A stretch of DNA of 48,163 nt, from positions 1 to 48,163 of IMG/VR virus record IMGVR_UViG_3300020716_000011. The stretch is one strand, 5' to 3'. The notes beneath the pieces were generated by a model, which saw only the letters and a list, made by a program, of their open reading frames with translations, searched no databases and was not told the DNA's origin. The stretch is from a virus (Duplodnaviria; Caudoviricetes). Position numbers and translations under genes: made by a program. Positions 1 to 9,650 of this stretch are shown here, one piece after another. Each line of letters begins with the position of its first letter. The stretch's first letter is position 1.

Positions 1-99
1 TCGCCGCCTCCGGTGATAATGAGGTTTTCGATGATGATGTTGGCAATGCGCACTCCCATGGGCTTGGGCAAATACGGCGATAGCACCGTGACACTTACC
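1..99. repeat. 99-bp direct terminal repeat (copy 1)
   Basis: Identical to 48065-48163 and lies inside a gene that reads through the junction; probably an assembly overlap of a circular or permuted genome. Confidence 0.97.
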
Positions 100-632
100 G
101 GCAGGTTCGATCCAACGTAGTAGGTCAGGCTCATGTCCCGGTTATCTACCACGCGGACGTTCCCACGGAGGGTCTCACTCAGCGTTTTCTGAATGGAGTA
201 GAGAGTGTTGTCGCTCGTGTTGAGCGCGATTTTTAGAAACAGCATGAAGGCGTACGAGGTGTCCGAAAGCGCGGTAGCCGCCTGTTGGTTGTACCCGTAT
301 TCAAAGAACACGACATCGCTGTTGATGTTGCTGTTGTAGTCAGTGAGGCCGTGTAGATTCTGTGGGTTGGTGTTAACATAATCCACGAACCCGAAGAAAG
401 GTAGCGGGGTGGGATCACCAATATCGCGGGGCAATCCAATGTACTTGCCCAAAGTATCTAGTTGTTGGCCCGTAGCCGTGTCTAGATTGAAGGCGTCCTG
501 CAAAACCCATGGCAGACCATCCGCAAACAGCTGCTTGACGAGAATGGCGATCGCCTGTTGCGCCTTGGGCCGCTGGTATTGATACAGCAGCCGCCCGACG
601 TAATACGTGATTGAGGTGTCGAGATCGGCCAT
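1..632 (-). CDS. DUF2612-like baseplate wedge protein, 5' part (continues across the circular junction to stop at 48016; 226 aa)
   Basis: Not in the ORF track. ATG at 632 gives MADLDTSITYYVGRLLYQYQRPKAQ...DAFNLDTATGQQLDTLGKYIGLPR, the G-x-Q-L-D-x-x-G motif; follows baseplate J; in frame with TAA at 48018-48016. Confidence 0.85.
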   Translation of the reverse strand, partial: MADLDTSITYYVGRLLYQYQRPKAQQAIAILVKQLFADGLPWVLQDAFNLDTATGQQLDTLGKYIGLPRDIGDPTPLPFFGFVDYVNTNPQNLHGLTDYNSNINSDVVFFEYGYNQQAATALSDTSYAFMLFLKIALNTSDNTLYSIQKTLSETLRGNVRVVDNRDMSLTYYVGSNLPVSVTVLSPYLPKPMGVRIANIIIENLIITGGG

Positions 633-635
633 AAA

Positions 636-1835
636 TTACGGCCCCGGCGTCCCGTTGATGATGGTGTTCGGGGAGCTCGGGAAAAATTGATAATTGACCG
701 CAGTCGGATTCAACAGCGGGACGTAGGTCACATTATCGCTGCTCACCCCCTCCGCCGAGAACGAGCAATTGGGGGCAATCTGCTTGCAGAGCGCGATTAT
801 GGCGGAGGCATCGGCGGGTTGATTGATCGTATACTGGAGCTGGGTCAACAGCTGCGTCCGGATGTACTCCGCACCGGGATCCGAGCCAGTAACTACCGTG
901 TAGGTGAACTTGATCCAGAGAGGCTCGGCGGTAGGGCGATCGAAGCTGATTGGGAATGTCGTGCCGTCTACCTGTGTCACGTTGACCGTGGTAGCCCCCT
1001 TCATCCCGCAACCCGCGTTGCGCTTCACGTAGATCGCATTGGCGACATCGGCGTCGGCCCCGCCCAGTACGATGCACCAGATGCTGTGGGCCGGAATGCC
1101 GTTGGAATCGGTAGCGTTGGTGTCGTTCTCCAGCACGATCGCCTGCACGACACCATCGGTGTCCAACAACGCACCGATCAACCCGGGAAGATATCCCCGG
1201 CTGGGAAGCGCGACGGAGTTAGAACGGCGAATCCGGAGCGCGGCATCCGTTTCCTCCGCTGTACCGATGGCCGTAGCCGCCGAGGGATTATTAACTGAAG
1301 TCACGCCCAATAGGACGGAGACGATGTTAGTGATCGTATTCGGGGTGGTGAGCACTGGCCCCATAACCTCCGCTTGGAAACTGAGGCTGGCTGATCCTGC
1401 CGCAGAGAATGAATAGGTGGAGGCTAGTTGGAATTGATTACCCGCTGTATCTTGCACGGTGAATGGAGCCGTGGGGGTGGTATCGAGGCCGGGGAGCGTG
1501 ACGGCTTGATTCACCGTCACTAGCACATCTTGGAGCGTGAAAGTACCTGCGCGGCGGTAAACGCCATTGATGGCGCAGCGAGCATCCAACACTACGCCTG
1601 TCGCCTCATCCGGATCAAAACTGGCATAGATGGCCGCGAGCAGCTCCTCTACATCGATGGCGGCTTGGGCGAATATGTTGATCTGCTGACCGTCCGGACT
1701 GTTGGGGCCGACGTTGATGCTGGGCCCATAGATGGAGAAGTATCCGGGATAGGTGCCGGAGCCGTTCAGAATGTCATTGATGATCTCCTGAAGAGCTTTA
1801 GTTTGAAGGCCGGAGCTGTCGAGAATGTTGGGCAT
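636..1835 (-). CDS. Baseplate J-like wedge protein
   Basis: DPDEATGVVLD and GTAEETDAALRIRR motifs; 399 aa; position in baseplate cluster. Confidence 0.9.
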   Translation of the reverse strand: MPNILDSSGLQTKALQEIINDILNGSGTYPGYFSIYGPSINVGPNSPDGQQINIFAQAAIDVEELLAAIYASFDPDEATGVVLDARCAINGVYRRAGTFTLQDVLVTVNQAVTLPGLDTTPTAPFTVQDTAGNQFQLASTYSFSAAGSASLSFQAEVMGPVLTTPNTITNIVSVLLGVTSVNNPSAATAIGTAEETDAALRIRRSNSVALPSRGYLPGLIGALLDTDGVVQAIVLENDTNATDSNGIPAHSIWCIVLGGADADVANAIYVKRNAGCGMKGATTVNVTQVDGTTFPISFDRPTAEPLWIKFTYTVVTGSDPGAEYIRTQLLTQLQYTINQPADASAIIALCKQIAPNCSFSAEGVSSDNVTYVPLLNPTAVNYQFFPSSPNTIINGTPGP

Positions 1836-1838
1836 GGT

Positions 1839-2192
1839 TCAGGGCACCGCGATGGTGCTGGTATAGTTGCGGGAGTAGATGGTGTCGATATTGTAAGTAA
1901 CCACCAAGCAGCGAGTCGTGCGATCCAGCGCGGCATACACCGAGTTGATTCGAGTCACGCTATCCCGACTCGCGATGATCTGCCGGCACTGGAGAATAAT
2001 ACCTTGCTGATCCTTGCTGCCTAGTAAATTCCACCAGTCCACGCCAAAATTAACCGCGAAGAAGCACTCCCCGAGGAAAGTCTTCAAGGCGGTGTTGATG
2101 TCAGCGGCGATAGCATTTAGCCCGGTCAAGTAGTTCTGCTGACCATTGCCGAACGTCCAATCACCGTTGGAATCGAGTGCACGAAAGCTCAT
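1839..2192 (-). CDS. Baseplate wedge / sheath-initiator (gp25/gpW-like) protein
   Basis: RALDSNGDWTFG...LKTFLGECF...GVDW pattern; between spike and baseplate J. Confidence 0.75.
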   Translation of the reverse strand: MSFRALDSNGDWTFGNGQQNYLTGLNAIAADINTALKTFLGECFFAVNFGVDWWNLLGSKDQQGIILQCRQIIASRDSVTRINSVYAALDRTTRCLVVTYNIDTIYSRNYTSTIAVP

Positions 2193-2836
2193 TGGAGAAG
2201 GTTGTTGTATTCAATTTGGAACGCAACGATTTGCGTGAAGGCCGATGGGCCGGTCTTACCATTCAAGACGGTAAGTGCTGTATAGAGCTTGTCCATAACG
2301 GTTTTCAAATCACTGGAGGCACCAATCATGGCCAGTTTATCGTTTACCTTGAGCTTGCCACCCTTATACGCAAGCTCGGCATCGGTGGTGTTGAAGGGGG
2401 AGATCGGGTTGGTCTGATTTCGAAACCCTACCAGTATCAGTCCATCGGAGAGATCGTGGGCGCGATCAGAGTTAGGAATGGCGGTATTGCCGGTAGACCA
2501 CCAAAGGTCCAAGTCCCGATCGTTGAACAAGACAAGACAAGGGTCGCCAGAGGCGATTGGGAAAGTGAGGTGGCCGGTCCCGCCCGAGAGGATGAACACC
2601 GGGCAGGTGGCCAATAGTGGGTATGCCCGCGAGATGTACACCGGAGGGTTCTTAGTGGTGTCAGGTACTTGCCGCAACACGCTAAGTTGCACCTGCGCGG
2701 TCTGGGTGGACGGATCAAAGCTCACGATCTGCCCCACCTGATGGCAATTGAAGTTATAGAAGATGTCTATCCGCAACTGGTTGAGCAGCGTGGCCAAGTC
2801 CGGATTGGAGATCGATTGGAGCGGGATTGGGGTCAT
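2189..2836 (-). CDS. Baseplate central spike (gpV / gp138 N-terminal domain-like)
   Basis: GQIVSFD...TFPIASGDPCLVLFNDRDLDLW...RAHDLSDG motif; synteny. Confidence 0.85.
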   Translation of the reverse strand: MTPIPLQSISNPDLATLLNQLRIDIFYNFNCHQVGQIVSFDPSTQTAQVQLSVLRQVPDTTKNPPVYISRAYPLLATCPVFILSGGTGHLTFPIASGDPCLVLFNDRDLDLWWSTGNTAIPNSDRAHDLSDGLILVGFRNQTNPISPFNTTDAELAYKGGKLKVNDKLAMIGASSDLKTVMDKLYTALTVLNGKTGPSAFTQIVAFQIEYNNLLQ

Positions 2837-3717
2837 TGGAGTGGTACGGAGGCCTCCTTTAAGCCGAGGATCCCTGCCCAGAGCTGCAATTCGGTGGTAA
2901 TTCCGCCATTGACAGCAGGGCTGATAATACCCTTATGCGTGAAGCCTTGGACTCGGTAGGTGTCGTTCAGGTAGGTATTAGACTGGCTGCGGAGGTAGAC
3001 GGTCTGATAAAGCGAGATACGAGGTTCGAAGAGGATCGTGCATTCCGTAAAGGTGCCGGTGCGCCGGGGCACTCCCAACAACCCGCTATCTGAAGTAATC
3101 TCTGGGATCACGGCAGGGAGTCGCTCGTCCTGCGCCAAGGCCACCAGCTGAGAATTATCGATGAAGGCCAGTCCTTGGCTGAGCGAAGTAATGAAGTTCC
3201 ATGTGGGGCCGAAAAACGTAGCCGGGCGAAGATTTTTGGTCGAAAACGCCGAGCTCACCACCGGAGTAGCCTGCATCCCCACGAGATCGGAGGCCAGCTT
3301 CTGGAGGAGCTGAGTGCCGGTCTGATTTGGGCCTTCGGTCCGAGTAGACCATGAGTTGGCCATAGGGAAGCCACCGTCGTAACACTCGATTACAGTGCGA
3401 AACTCTGTACCCTGACGGATACTGTACGCCTGTTGGACGGAACCGATGAAAATATACGGTTGGGGAGAATTTTCGTATCCGGCCTTGAATCGTACCACAC
3501 GGAAATCGCTGGTGACGAAGATGTCCTTATGCAACAGCCGCCGCTTCTCTTCGCTCAGATTGTAGATCGTGAACGTGGCGGTCTGGCTAACCGCAAACGC
3601 GGCCCGGTTGATGGTGAACTCGACCGTGAACGGCAGCGCGATGGGGATGTACTTCGGCTCTCCGTTGTTGGGGTTAGCCAACTGCACATCCAACTGATAC
3701 TGCCGGTTGAATTTCAT
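2833..3717 (-). CDS. Baseplate hub protein
   Basis: IYNLS...AGYE...IFIG...SGLLGVP...YRVQGFTHKG pattern; synteny before spike. Confidence 0.75.
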   Translation of the reverse strand: MKFNRQYQLDVQLANPNNGEPKYIPIALPFTVEFTINRAAFAVSQTATFTIYNLSEEKRRLLHKDIFVTSDFRVVRFKAGYENSPQPYIFIGSVQQAYSIRQGTEFRTVIECYDGGFPMANSWSTRTEGPNQTGTQLLQKLASDLVGMQATPVVSSAFSTKNLRPATFFGPTWNFITSLSQGLAFIDNSQLVALAQDERLPAVIPEITSDSGLLGVPRRTGTFTECTILFEPRISLYQTVYLRSQSNTYLNDTYRVQGFTHKGIISPAVNGGITTELQLWAGILGLKEASVPLQ

Positions 3718-4058
3718 GCTCCGGGGAAGTAGGTGGCTTCGGTATTGGCGACGTCGTCGGCATTGAGCAGCACGATCGCGCCCACCCCAGTCGCGAAAAC
3801 ATCCTGCGTTTCGGGTTCCACAGAACCGGGCATCGCCACGCCCAAACCGAACGGAAACAGGTGTCGAAATTGGCGGAGAATATTCGGAGAGGTGACCAGA
3901 CGCCGTCCATTGATCACGCGAGTGCCGTAAGTCAAACTGTAGAACCAGCCTAACTGTTGCGCCCGATATTCTAACGCCAACGTTGCCTGCGAACCATCGT
4001 CCAGCTGGACGAAAAGTGTCTGGTTGGGGGAATCGGTGATGCCTTGGATCAGTTTCAT
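3714..4058 (-). CDS. Small baseplate protein
   Basis: Start chosen at ATG 4058 (overlaps upstream stop); PNQTLFVQLD...W pattern; synteny. Confidence 0.6.
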   Translation of the reverse strand: MKLIQGITDSPNQTLFVQLDDGSQATLALEYRAQQLGWFYSLTYGTRVINGRRLVTSPNILRQFRHLFPFGLGVAMPGSVEPETQDVFATGVGAIVLLNADDVANTEATYFPGA

Positions 4059-5188
4059 TTGGTGGGGGCGAAAAACTGGCTCATGTACTTCAGCCAAGAG
4101 ACATTCGTGGTCTGGAGACCGGCTTGGGTCGGCGTCTTCGAAGCCGTCGAACCCACATCGTTCTGCGCTTCCAACCGACCAGCCAGCAGCGGACCGGTAC
4201 TGATCGTCAGTTCTTGTGCGATGCGGATTTTCTTGAAGGTAACGGTAAAATCGGTATAGTCCTTTGTCTCTTCTGGCTGCTCAGCACGCAGACTGCTGAT
4301 GACCATGTTCGTGTAGATGCCCCAAGGCGTCTCCACCGAGAACAGCGAGCGGCTCTTCCAGAGATTGTAGAAATAGAGGAACGCAGATCCCTGCTTAGTC
4401 TGGTCTTGCGGCGTTGGCTGCTTGGCATTGTACACCGAGAACAGCGAGGATCCGGGGTCCGAAGTGCCGAAGCTGGTGAAGGTACTGCCCGTAAGAAGCT
4501 GTTGGCTAGTCGGGTTCGAAAGAGACTGCAAGGATTGCAGAATGGGTGAATAGGTGCTCGGGACGGACCCACGGAGTAGATTGACCGCCTGCTGCGCCGG
4601 GAGCGGCAGTGACCCACCAGCGGACAGAGCCGCGAGGTTGCTCGGGTCCAGAAGGGTGCGCACTGCGCTCTGGGCCGTCTGGGAGAGCTGGGACTTGGTC
4701 GTTGCCGCGAGATTGGCAATCTCGGAGCTCAGTGAGCGGCTCACTGAGTTCTGGATGCTGGTGCCGTTAAAGAGCGCAGCTGCCCCCGCATTGATCGCGT
4801 TCGAGGCCAACGCGTTGATCTGATTGTTCAGCGCACCGGGCGATTTCTGGGGCAGCAGCGTAAGGTTGGGCGGCAGCGGGTTGGCGGGCGGATTGAAGGC
4901 CACTGTGGCGGGGTTGGCGTACTTCAACTCGGATACCAAGCCACGGAGAACCACGACTTCTGGTCGCAGCGCGATGTGATCTTGGATGGCGTAATTTGCC
5001 TCGACGTAGTGGTCGGTGACGTCACTAGTCAGTTCGGCCTGTTGATTCAGGTCAACATCGAACAGGAAACCCGCGATGCCGGACGGCGGATTGTTCGGGC
5101 GAACGATGGCCTGCTGGTCGAGCGTCGAGAGCGACTTGACGACGTCCAGAGTGACTGGCGCATCTGTAGGAATCGTGTTCTGGCTCAT
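4055..5188 (-). CDS. Baseplate / tail-tube initiator (Dit-like) protein with central low-complexity insertion
   Basis: SDVTDHYVE...IQDHIALRP at N-terminus and VETPWGIYTNMVISSL...FTVTFKKIR at C-terminus; follows tape measure. Confidence 0.75.
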   Translation of the reverse strand: MSQNTIPTDAPVTLDVVKSLSTLDQQAIVRPNNPPSGIAGFLFDVDLNQQAELTSDVTDHYVEANYAIQDHIALRPEVVVLRGLVSELKYANPATVAFNPPANPLPPNLTLLPQKSPGALNNQINALASNAINAGAAALFNGTSIQNSVSRSLSSEIANLAATTKSQLSQTAQSAVRTLLDPSNLAALSAGGSLPLPAQQAVNLLRGSVPSTYSPILQSLQSLSNPTSQQLLTGSTFTSFGTSDPGSSLFSVYNAKQPTPQDQTKQGSAFLYFYNLWKSRSLFSVETPWGIYTNMVISSLRAEQPEETKDYTDFTVTFKKIRIAQELTISTGPLLAGRLEAQNDVGSTASKTPTQAGLQTTNVSWLKYMSQFFAPTK

Positions 5189-6501
5189 TTAGCAGGAAGA
5201 GGCCGTTGGAAGAAAGCCCGGTTGATGGTCTCACGCTGCGCGGCCTCGTATGCAGCGGTGCCGGTAGTCCGAGGATCTTCGGATCCGTGGACATGGATGT
5301 TGACGTTATTTTGCTGGCTCTGGCTAGTGGACTGATTCTGCGGTCCGAATTTCGGCGCGAGCATCGAGCTGAGAAACCCCGGCGCACCTATGCCGAGAGG
5401 CATTAAGGAAAAGAAGCCCGTGCCGGACTTAATGGAGTCTTTGAACTCGTCCCAAAGATCTATGATATACTGGATGGCACTGGCTAGCTTATTGACGTTA
5501 TCCACCGTCAGAAGGAGTCCCGTATTCCAGTTGCCAAAGGAGTCCCCGCCTTCCGCCGCCACCCAGAAGTCCTGAATCAGCAGGATGATAGTGATCAAAG
5601 CTGCGGCCATCAAGCCGATGACGATAAGAATCGGGGCAACCTCCAGCGTCAGAGCCCCGACACTTGAAGTGAGGAACGCGATACCCCCGATGACCACTGG
5701 GAGAATTAACGCGAGCGCAGTAAGCGCGACGACGATCCCCAGCAATGACATGCGCATGGTATTGGCAGCGGAGGTGCCGCTCTCCAGCCAGTTGATGAAC
5801 GTACTGAGCTGCTCCGCGAGTAAGCTGAGAAGATCAAGGATGCGACTAAGCGCGGGAGCCATAGCGCCCACAAACCGATCCTTAATCGCGGTGATCGTGG
5901 TCAAAAACCGCTGCCACGAGGCGTTCAAGGCGAACAGCTGGTGCTGTTCCTGATTAGTTACGATCAGCTGTTGGTTCAGCTTCGTCATCTCGGGGGTCAA
6001 CCGCTTGAGGAACTGATACATGTCCTCGCCCATGCCCATGCGTTGCAGCATCATTCGGGCAAAGGCCGGTTGGTATTGCTGGATGCTCGCGGAGAGTTTC
6101 TGTAGCACCCGGTATGGATCCTCAGCGGTGCCGATGCCAAAGATGTTGAACGGAGCGGTGTCGCCGCCTTGCCCCGTCCGGATCTTCATCTGGGCATCTT
6201 GGATGGCGTAAATGGCTGAGGTGATCTCGTTGGCCGAAATTCCCGCCATACGACCCGCCCGCTGCCACTTCTGGAGCTCCTCGCTGCTGAGACCCGTATT
6301 GACGGCGAACTTCTCTAGCGCGGTACCCGCTTGCGTAGCTGTCGCCACCATCGTGTAGAAGATCGCATTAAGGGCACCTACACCCACCAGTAAGCGGGTG
6401 GCTCCAGCCTCGACGTTAGCCAATGCTTTGTCCACAGTGGCCAGCTGATCTTTGCCCTTGATTTCGAAGCCGATCTCGGCGAATAGCTCAGCGATCTTCA
6501 T
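5185..6501 (-). CDS. Tape measure protein (438 aa)
   Basis: IAELFAEIGF N-terminus, helical content, hydrophobic stretches; follows tail chaperones. Confidence 0.8.
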   Translation of the reverse strand: MKIAELFAEIGFEIKGKDQLATVDKALANVEAGATRLLVGVGALNAIFYTMVATATQAGTALEKFAVNTGLSSEELQKWQRAGRMAGISANEITSAIYAIQDAQMKIRTGQGGDTAPFNIFGIGTAEDPYRVLQKLSASIQQYQPAFARMMLQRMGMGEDMYQFLKRLTPEMTKLNQQLIVTNQEQHQLFALNASWQRFLTTITAIKDRFVGAMAPALSRILDLLSLLAEQLSTFINWLESGTSAANTMRMSLLGIVVALTALALILPVVIGGIAFLTSSVGALTLEVAPILIVIGLMAAALITIILLIQDFWVAAEGGDSFGNWNTGLLLTVDNVNKLASAIQYIIDLWDEFKDSIKSGTGFFSLMPLGIGAPGFLSSMLAPKFGPQNQSTSQSQQNNVNIHVHGSEDPRTTGTAAYEAAQRETINRAFFQRPLPAK

Positions 6502-6773
6502 TTGGTCGGTTCTTTGTTGAGTTCCGCAGATGTACTCTCGTAGTCTGTCACGAACGTACTATGCTCCAAGGCTGCTAACACAATGTCCGCAGGCATCTGT
6601 AGAATAGCCTCCGGCGTTCCGTAGCCCTCCCGCGCTAGCTTGAGTGCAGCGAAGAGGGCCGAGTCCATGGTGACTCTTACCTTTGGCCTTCGCCAGTCGG
6701 GCTCACGCTTGTCAAGGACGACAAGCCGAGGTTCTTGAAAAAAGGGCCGACGTTGAACTTCATCACCTCCCAC
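6498..6773 (-). CDS. Tail assembly chaperone, second ORF (likely -1 frameshift extension, or own start at ATG 6669)
   Basis: Overlaps upstream chaperone in the -1 frame; slippery CCCTTTTTTC at 6746-6737. Confidence 0.6.
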   Translation of the reverse strand: MGGDEVQRRPFFQEPRLVVLDKREPDWRRPKVRVTMDSALFAALKLAREGYGTPEAILQMPADIVLAALEHSTFVTDYESTSAELNKEPTK

Positions 6774-7093
6774 GCGACCGGAAGATAGTCCTCACGGATC
6801 TGAGGATTCTCGAAGGTCTCGGGCGTGATTTTCGTTCCGTTGTACAGGCACCGTTCCAAGCACGGCTTGAGGGCCAGCTCCAAAGCATCGCTGCCGAGGA
6901 GCTGGAGGACTGCGTTCTTGATACCTTCGACTCCGCTGTTCTTGAGTTTCTCGATCGAAAGCCCTTCCAACTGGAGGTTGACCAGCTTGAGTTCATTCGC
7001 GAGAGCCTTGACCAGCTTCATCGAGACGGCAAAGGGTGCCATCTGGAGATCCAGAGTGGCACCCGACTTGAGCGTGAGCTTTTCAGGGAGCAT
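6677..7093 (-). CDS. Tail assembly chaperone
   Basis: Between tail tube and tape measure; helical 138 aa. Confidence 0.75.
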   Translation of the reverse strand: MLPEKLTLKSGATLDLQMAPFAVSMKLVKALANELKLVNLQLEGLSIEKLKNSGVEGIKNAVLQLLGSDALELALKPCLERCLYNGTKITPETFENPQIREDYLPVAWEVMKFNVGPFFKNLGLSSLTSVSPTGEGQR

Positions 7094-7113
7094 AGTTTAG
7101 TTCCGATTTGGGG

Positions 7114-7569
7114 TTAGAACTGGGCGCGGTCGGAGTTGCTGAACTTCAACCGATAGATAGATAGCGCGGGATCGGTGGCACCCTCAACATTCTCGGTGAC
7201 TTCCACTTTCTTGGAGAAGACGCCACCATTGAGGATGTACGTGTCGTTGGAGATGTTGCCGTTGCCGTCACCGAGGCGTTTCACAAAATACCCGGCCATC
7301 AGAACGAACGAGGGAAGATCCTGCGTCATCTGGATGATCAGCGCATTCAGGAAGCTATCGTCGTCGGAACCGCGCAGCACCCGCAGCTCCAATTCGGCCA
7401 GCTGGCCGGTTGCGTTGATGTTGAAAATGCTGTTGCCGTTTTTGCCGACCTTGATCCCGACGATGTCGTTGGGGAAAGTCAGCTTGGCCACATCGCCGTC
7501 GCCAAAATTGACGAGGGTGCGACCCGCGATTTGAATCGTATCGTTGCCGGTGAGAGATGAAGAAGGCAT
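7114..7569 (-). CDS. Tail tube protein
   Basis: 151 aa beta-rich protein directly after sheath. Confidence 0.8.
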   Translation of the reverse strand: MPSSSLTGNDTIQIAGRTLVNFGDGDVAKLTFPNDIVGIKVGKNGNSIFNINATGQLAELELRVLRGSDDDSFLNALIIQMTQDLPSFVLMAGYFVKRLGDGNGNISNDTYILNGGVFSKKVEVTENVEGATDPALSIYRLKFSNSDRAQF

Positions 7570-7593
7570 GGTTCGAGTCTCCTTTGAAGAGGG

Positions 7594-8724
7594 TTACGGG
7601 TTGATGAAAACCAGCACATTGGAGCTATGGATAGCCCCGGCCAGCTTGACGGCAATCTGCACGAGCGGAGCCACACGGTTCGCCCGCTGGGATTGCGGCT
7701 GCTGGTTGACGGGCTGGCTGTAGACGTAGAAGCCGCGCTGCTGGATGCTAGCCCGGAGCGCGGCTTGGTCGCCGAAGGTCTGAGGGCTGTTCCACTCGCC
7801 GGGGGCAATGAACCCATTGATCACGCCAAGGGAGCAGACGCTCGTATAAGCGTTGCGGAGCACCGCCATGCCCGGCTCCGTCTGGGGGAGCTTGGTCGGG
7901 GTGGTCGCCAGCGCATTGAAGCCCTCTACCTGCAGAGCGAACACTAGCCAGAGCGTGCCGTACACCTGATCATAGAAGGTGTTGCCGCCCGAGCAGAAGA
8001 CCTTGGGCAGCGGCCCGATGTTGGTGTAGACGTCCGCACCCACCGTCTGGCAGGTGTTCAGGAGGGTCTGGGTGATGCCGGGATCGGGGGTGACGCCCAC
8101 CAAATCCTTCAGGTGCATCGTGAGGGTGGTGTTGCTGCCGTCGAAGTCCACGCTCATAGCGCGGCTCGCATAAGCGGCGGCAAACAGCCGGGCCTGCAAC
8201 GCACCGACCGTGTACAGAAGGCACCGAGCGTAGGTCTCCTTGGCGGACTGGATGGTGGTGAACACACCGCCACCCGACACTGCCGTGGTGTTGCTATTGC
8301 CGATGAACAGCAGTTTCTGATCCGCTTGGTAGGCTGTCGCAGCGGCCAGAATCTCGGTATCCCCCGGAGCATAGCCGCCAAAAAGCGCACCACCGAAGAA
8401 AATCTGGGTCGAGGCCACGGGCAGCACCGAGGCGAGCGTATCGCCCGATTGCATCGGGAACACGATAAACGCGCCGCCACCCGCGAGGATGTTGGGCGTC
8501 TGACTGAACACGGCGAGCGCGGCTTGGTAAGTTTCGGACGAGGTGCCCCAGTCCGTCGCCACAGCCGTCGGATCGAGGTAGATAGCGTAGTTCGGAATCG
8601 AGACCACCGGGGTCTCCTTAGTGAAGTACGCGAGATTGTTGATTTTGTACTCGGCCAAGCCTGCGGGCGGCGTAGCCACAGAAATGTTCACGACATTGGC
8701 GATGGACAGTTGAGAGGTAGACAT
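7594..8724 (-). CDS. Tail sheath protein (DUF3383-like)
   Basis: LSIANVVNISV N-terminus, KLPQTEPG, RANRVAP...KLAGAIHS C-terminus. Confidence 0.9.
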   Translation of the reverse strand: MSTSQLSIANVVNISVATPPAGLAEYKINNLAYFTKETPVVSIPNYAIYLDPTAVATDWGTSSETYQAALAVFSQTPNILAGGGAFIVFPMQSGDTLASVLPVASTQIFFGGALFGGYAPGDTEILAAATAYQADQKLLFIGNSNTTAVSGGGVFTTIQSAKETYARCLLYTVGALQARLFAAAYASRAMSVDFDGSNTTLTMHLKDLVGVTPDPGITQTLLNTCQTVGADVYTNIGPLPKVFCSGGNTFYDQVYGTLWLVFALQVEGFNALATTPTKLPQTEPGMAVLRNAYTSVCSLGVINGFIAPGEWNSPQTFGDQAALRASIQQRGFYVYSQPVNQQPQSQRANRVAPLVQIAVKLAGAIHSSNVLVFINP

Positions 8725-8735
8725 AGCGATCTCCT

Positions 8736-9257
8736 TTACGGGTTAATGAGGATGTTCTTGGGAGGATTTTCGAACTGGTCGAAATATTGAACGATGTTGG
8801 TTTTGCTACGAACACGAAGAACCGCCACATTAGTTTCGTAGCGATTAAGTCTTGAAGCCCCTTCGATGTCCGATAGATCTAGAAAGGACAAGGGCAAAAG
8901 CGGCAGTTTGAAACCATACTTCTCCTGAATCTGCTCCGCAAGGGTGCTGTTGAACGCCATAAGCACCTCTTCTTTACGCTCTAATGCCTCCGGTCCAAAA
9001 GAATATACCGAGATGGTATATGTCTCCTGAGAGTTGAAGGAGATAACTTCCACGAGGGCGGTGCCGTCCTCGTTGTTCATATACTCCTTGCTGCTGCCGT
9101 AGGGTTTCTCGCTCCGGAACGCCACCGCGATGTACAGGCGATCGTCCGTCGGCACTTTCCAGTTCTGGTTGTACAGCACGACCTGATCCCGCTCCAACTG
9201 CATAAACGTGCGGATCAGCTCGATGACCAGATTGAGAGTATTAGGGGGCGAAGCCAT
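8736..9257 (-). CDS. Tail terminator / neck protein
   Basis: Start chosen at ATG 9257; directly upstream of sheath. Confidence 0.65.
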   Translation of the reverse strand: MASPPNTLNLVIELIRTFMQLERDQVVLYNQNWKVPTDDRLYIAVAFRSEKPYGSSKEYMNNEDGTALVEVISFNSQETYTISVYSFGPEALERKEEVLMAFNSTLAEQIQEKYGFKLPLLPLSFLDLSDIEGASRLNRYETNVAVLRVRSKTNIVQYFDQFENPPKNILINP

Positions 9258-9648
9258 ACGGTTGAGGCGATTCGGTAAGATCATACCGCACGAAGCCATT
9301 GGCTGTGTAGTCGGCTTTCTCCATGACGGTGTACCACGTGTTCTTAATGCGGATGCGGTCGTTCGTGTTAACGACCAAATTCGGCAGGCAGTGTAGCTCC
9401 CAGTGTTGCCACGAGCGCCCGCCGCCCGACTGGCGATCGAGTTTTTCTCCTCGGGGCTGGAGCACTCCACTAGTCTGCAGCTCCCGGAAGAAGGGCTTGT
9501 TGGTGCCGTCTTCCTGAATTTGAGAAGTGGTGAAACCGATGATCAGCGGTCGAAACCACCCGAGAATCGCTCCGCGCATCGAAGGCATCGGAACAGCATC
9601 GACCACTTTCACCGTAGTGCCTGCGGAGAGTACGGGGCCGGGATTCAT
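9241..9648 (-). CDS. Head closure / head-tail joining protein
   Basis: GVLQP...GGRSWQHW...Y.VMEKADY.NGF pattern; synteny. Confidence 0.65.
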   Translation of the reverse strand: MNPGPVLSAGTTVKVVDAVPMPSMRGAILGWFRPLIIGFTTSQIQEDGTNKPFFRELQTSGVLQPRGEKLDRQSGGGRSWQHWELHCLPNLVVNTNDRIRIKNTWYTVMEKADYTANGFVRYDLTESPQPYGFAP

Positions 9649-9650
9649 GA

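Noticed and set aside
1-99. Biological terminal repeat
   Set aside because: Falls mid-gene and its 99-bp length matches a common assembler k-mer; more likely a circular-assembly overlap
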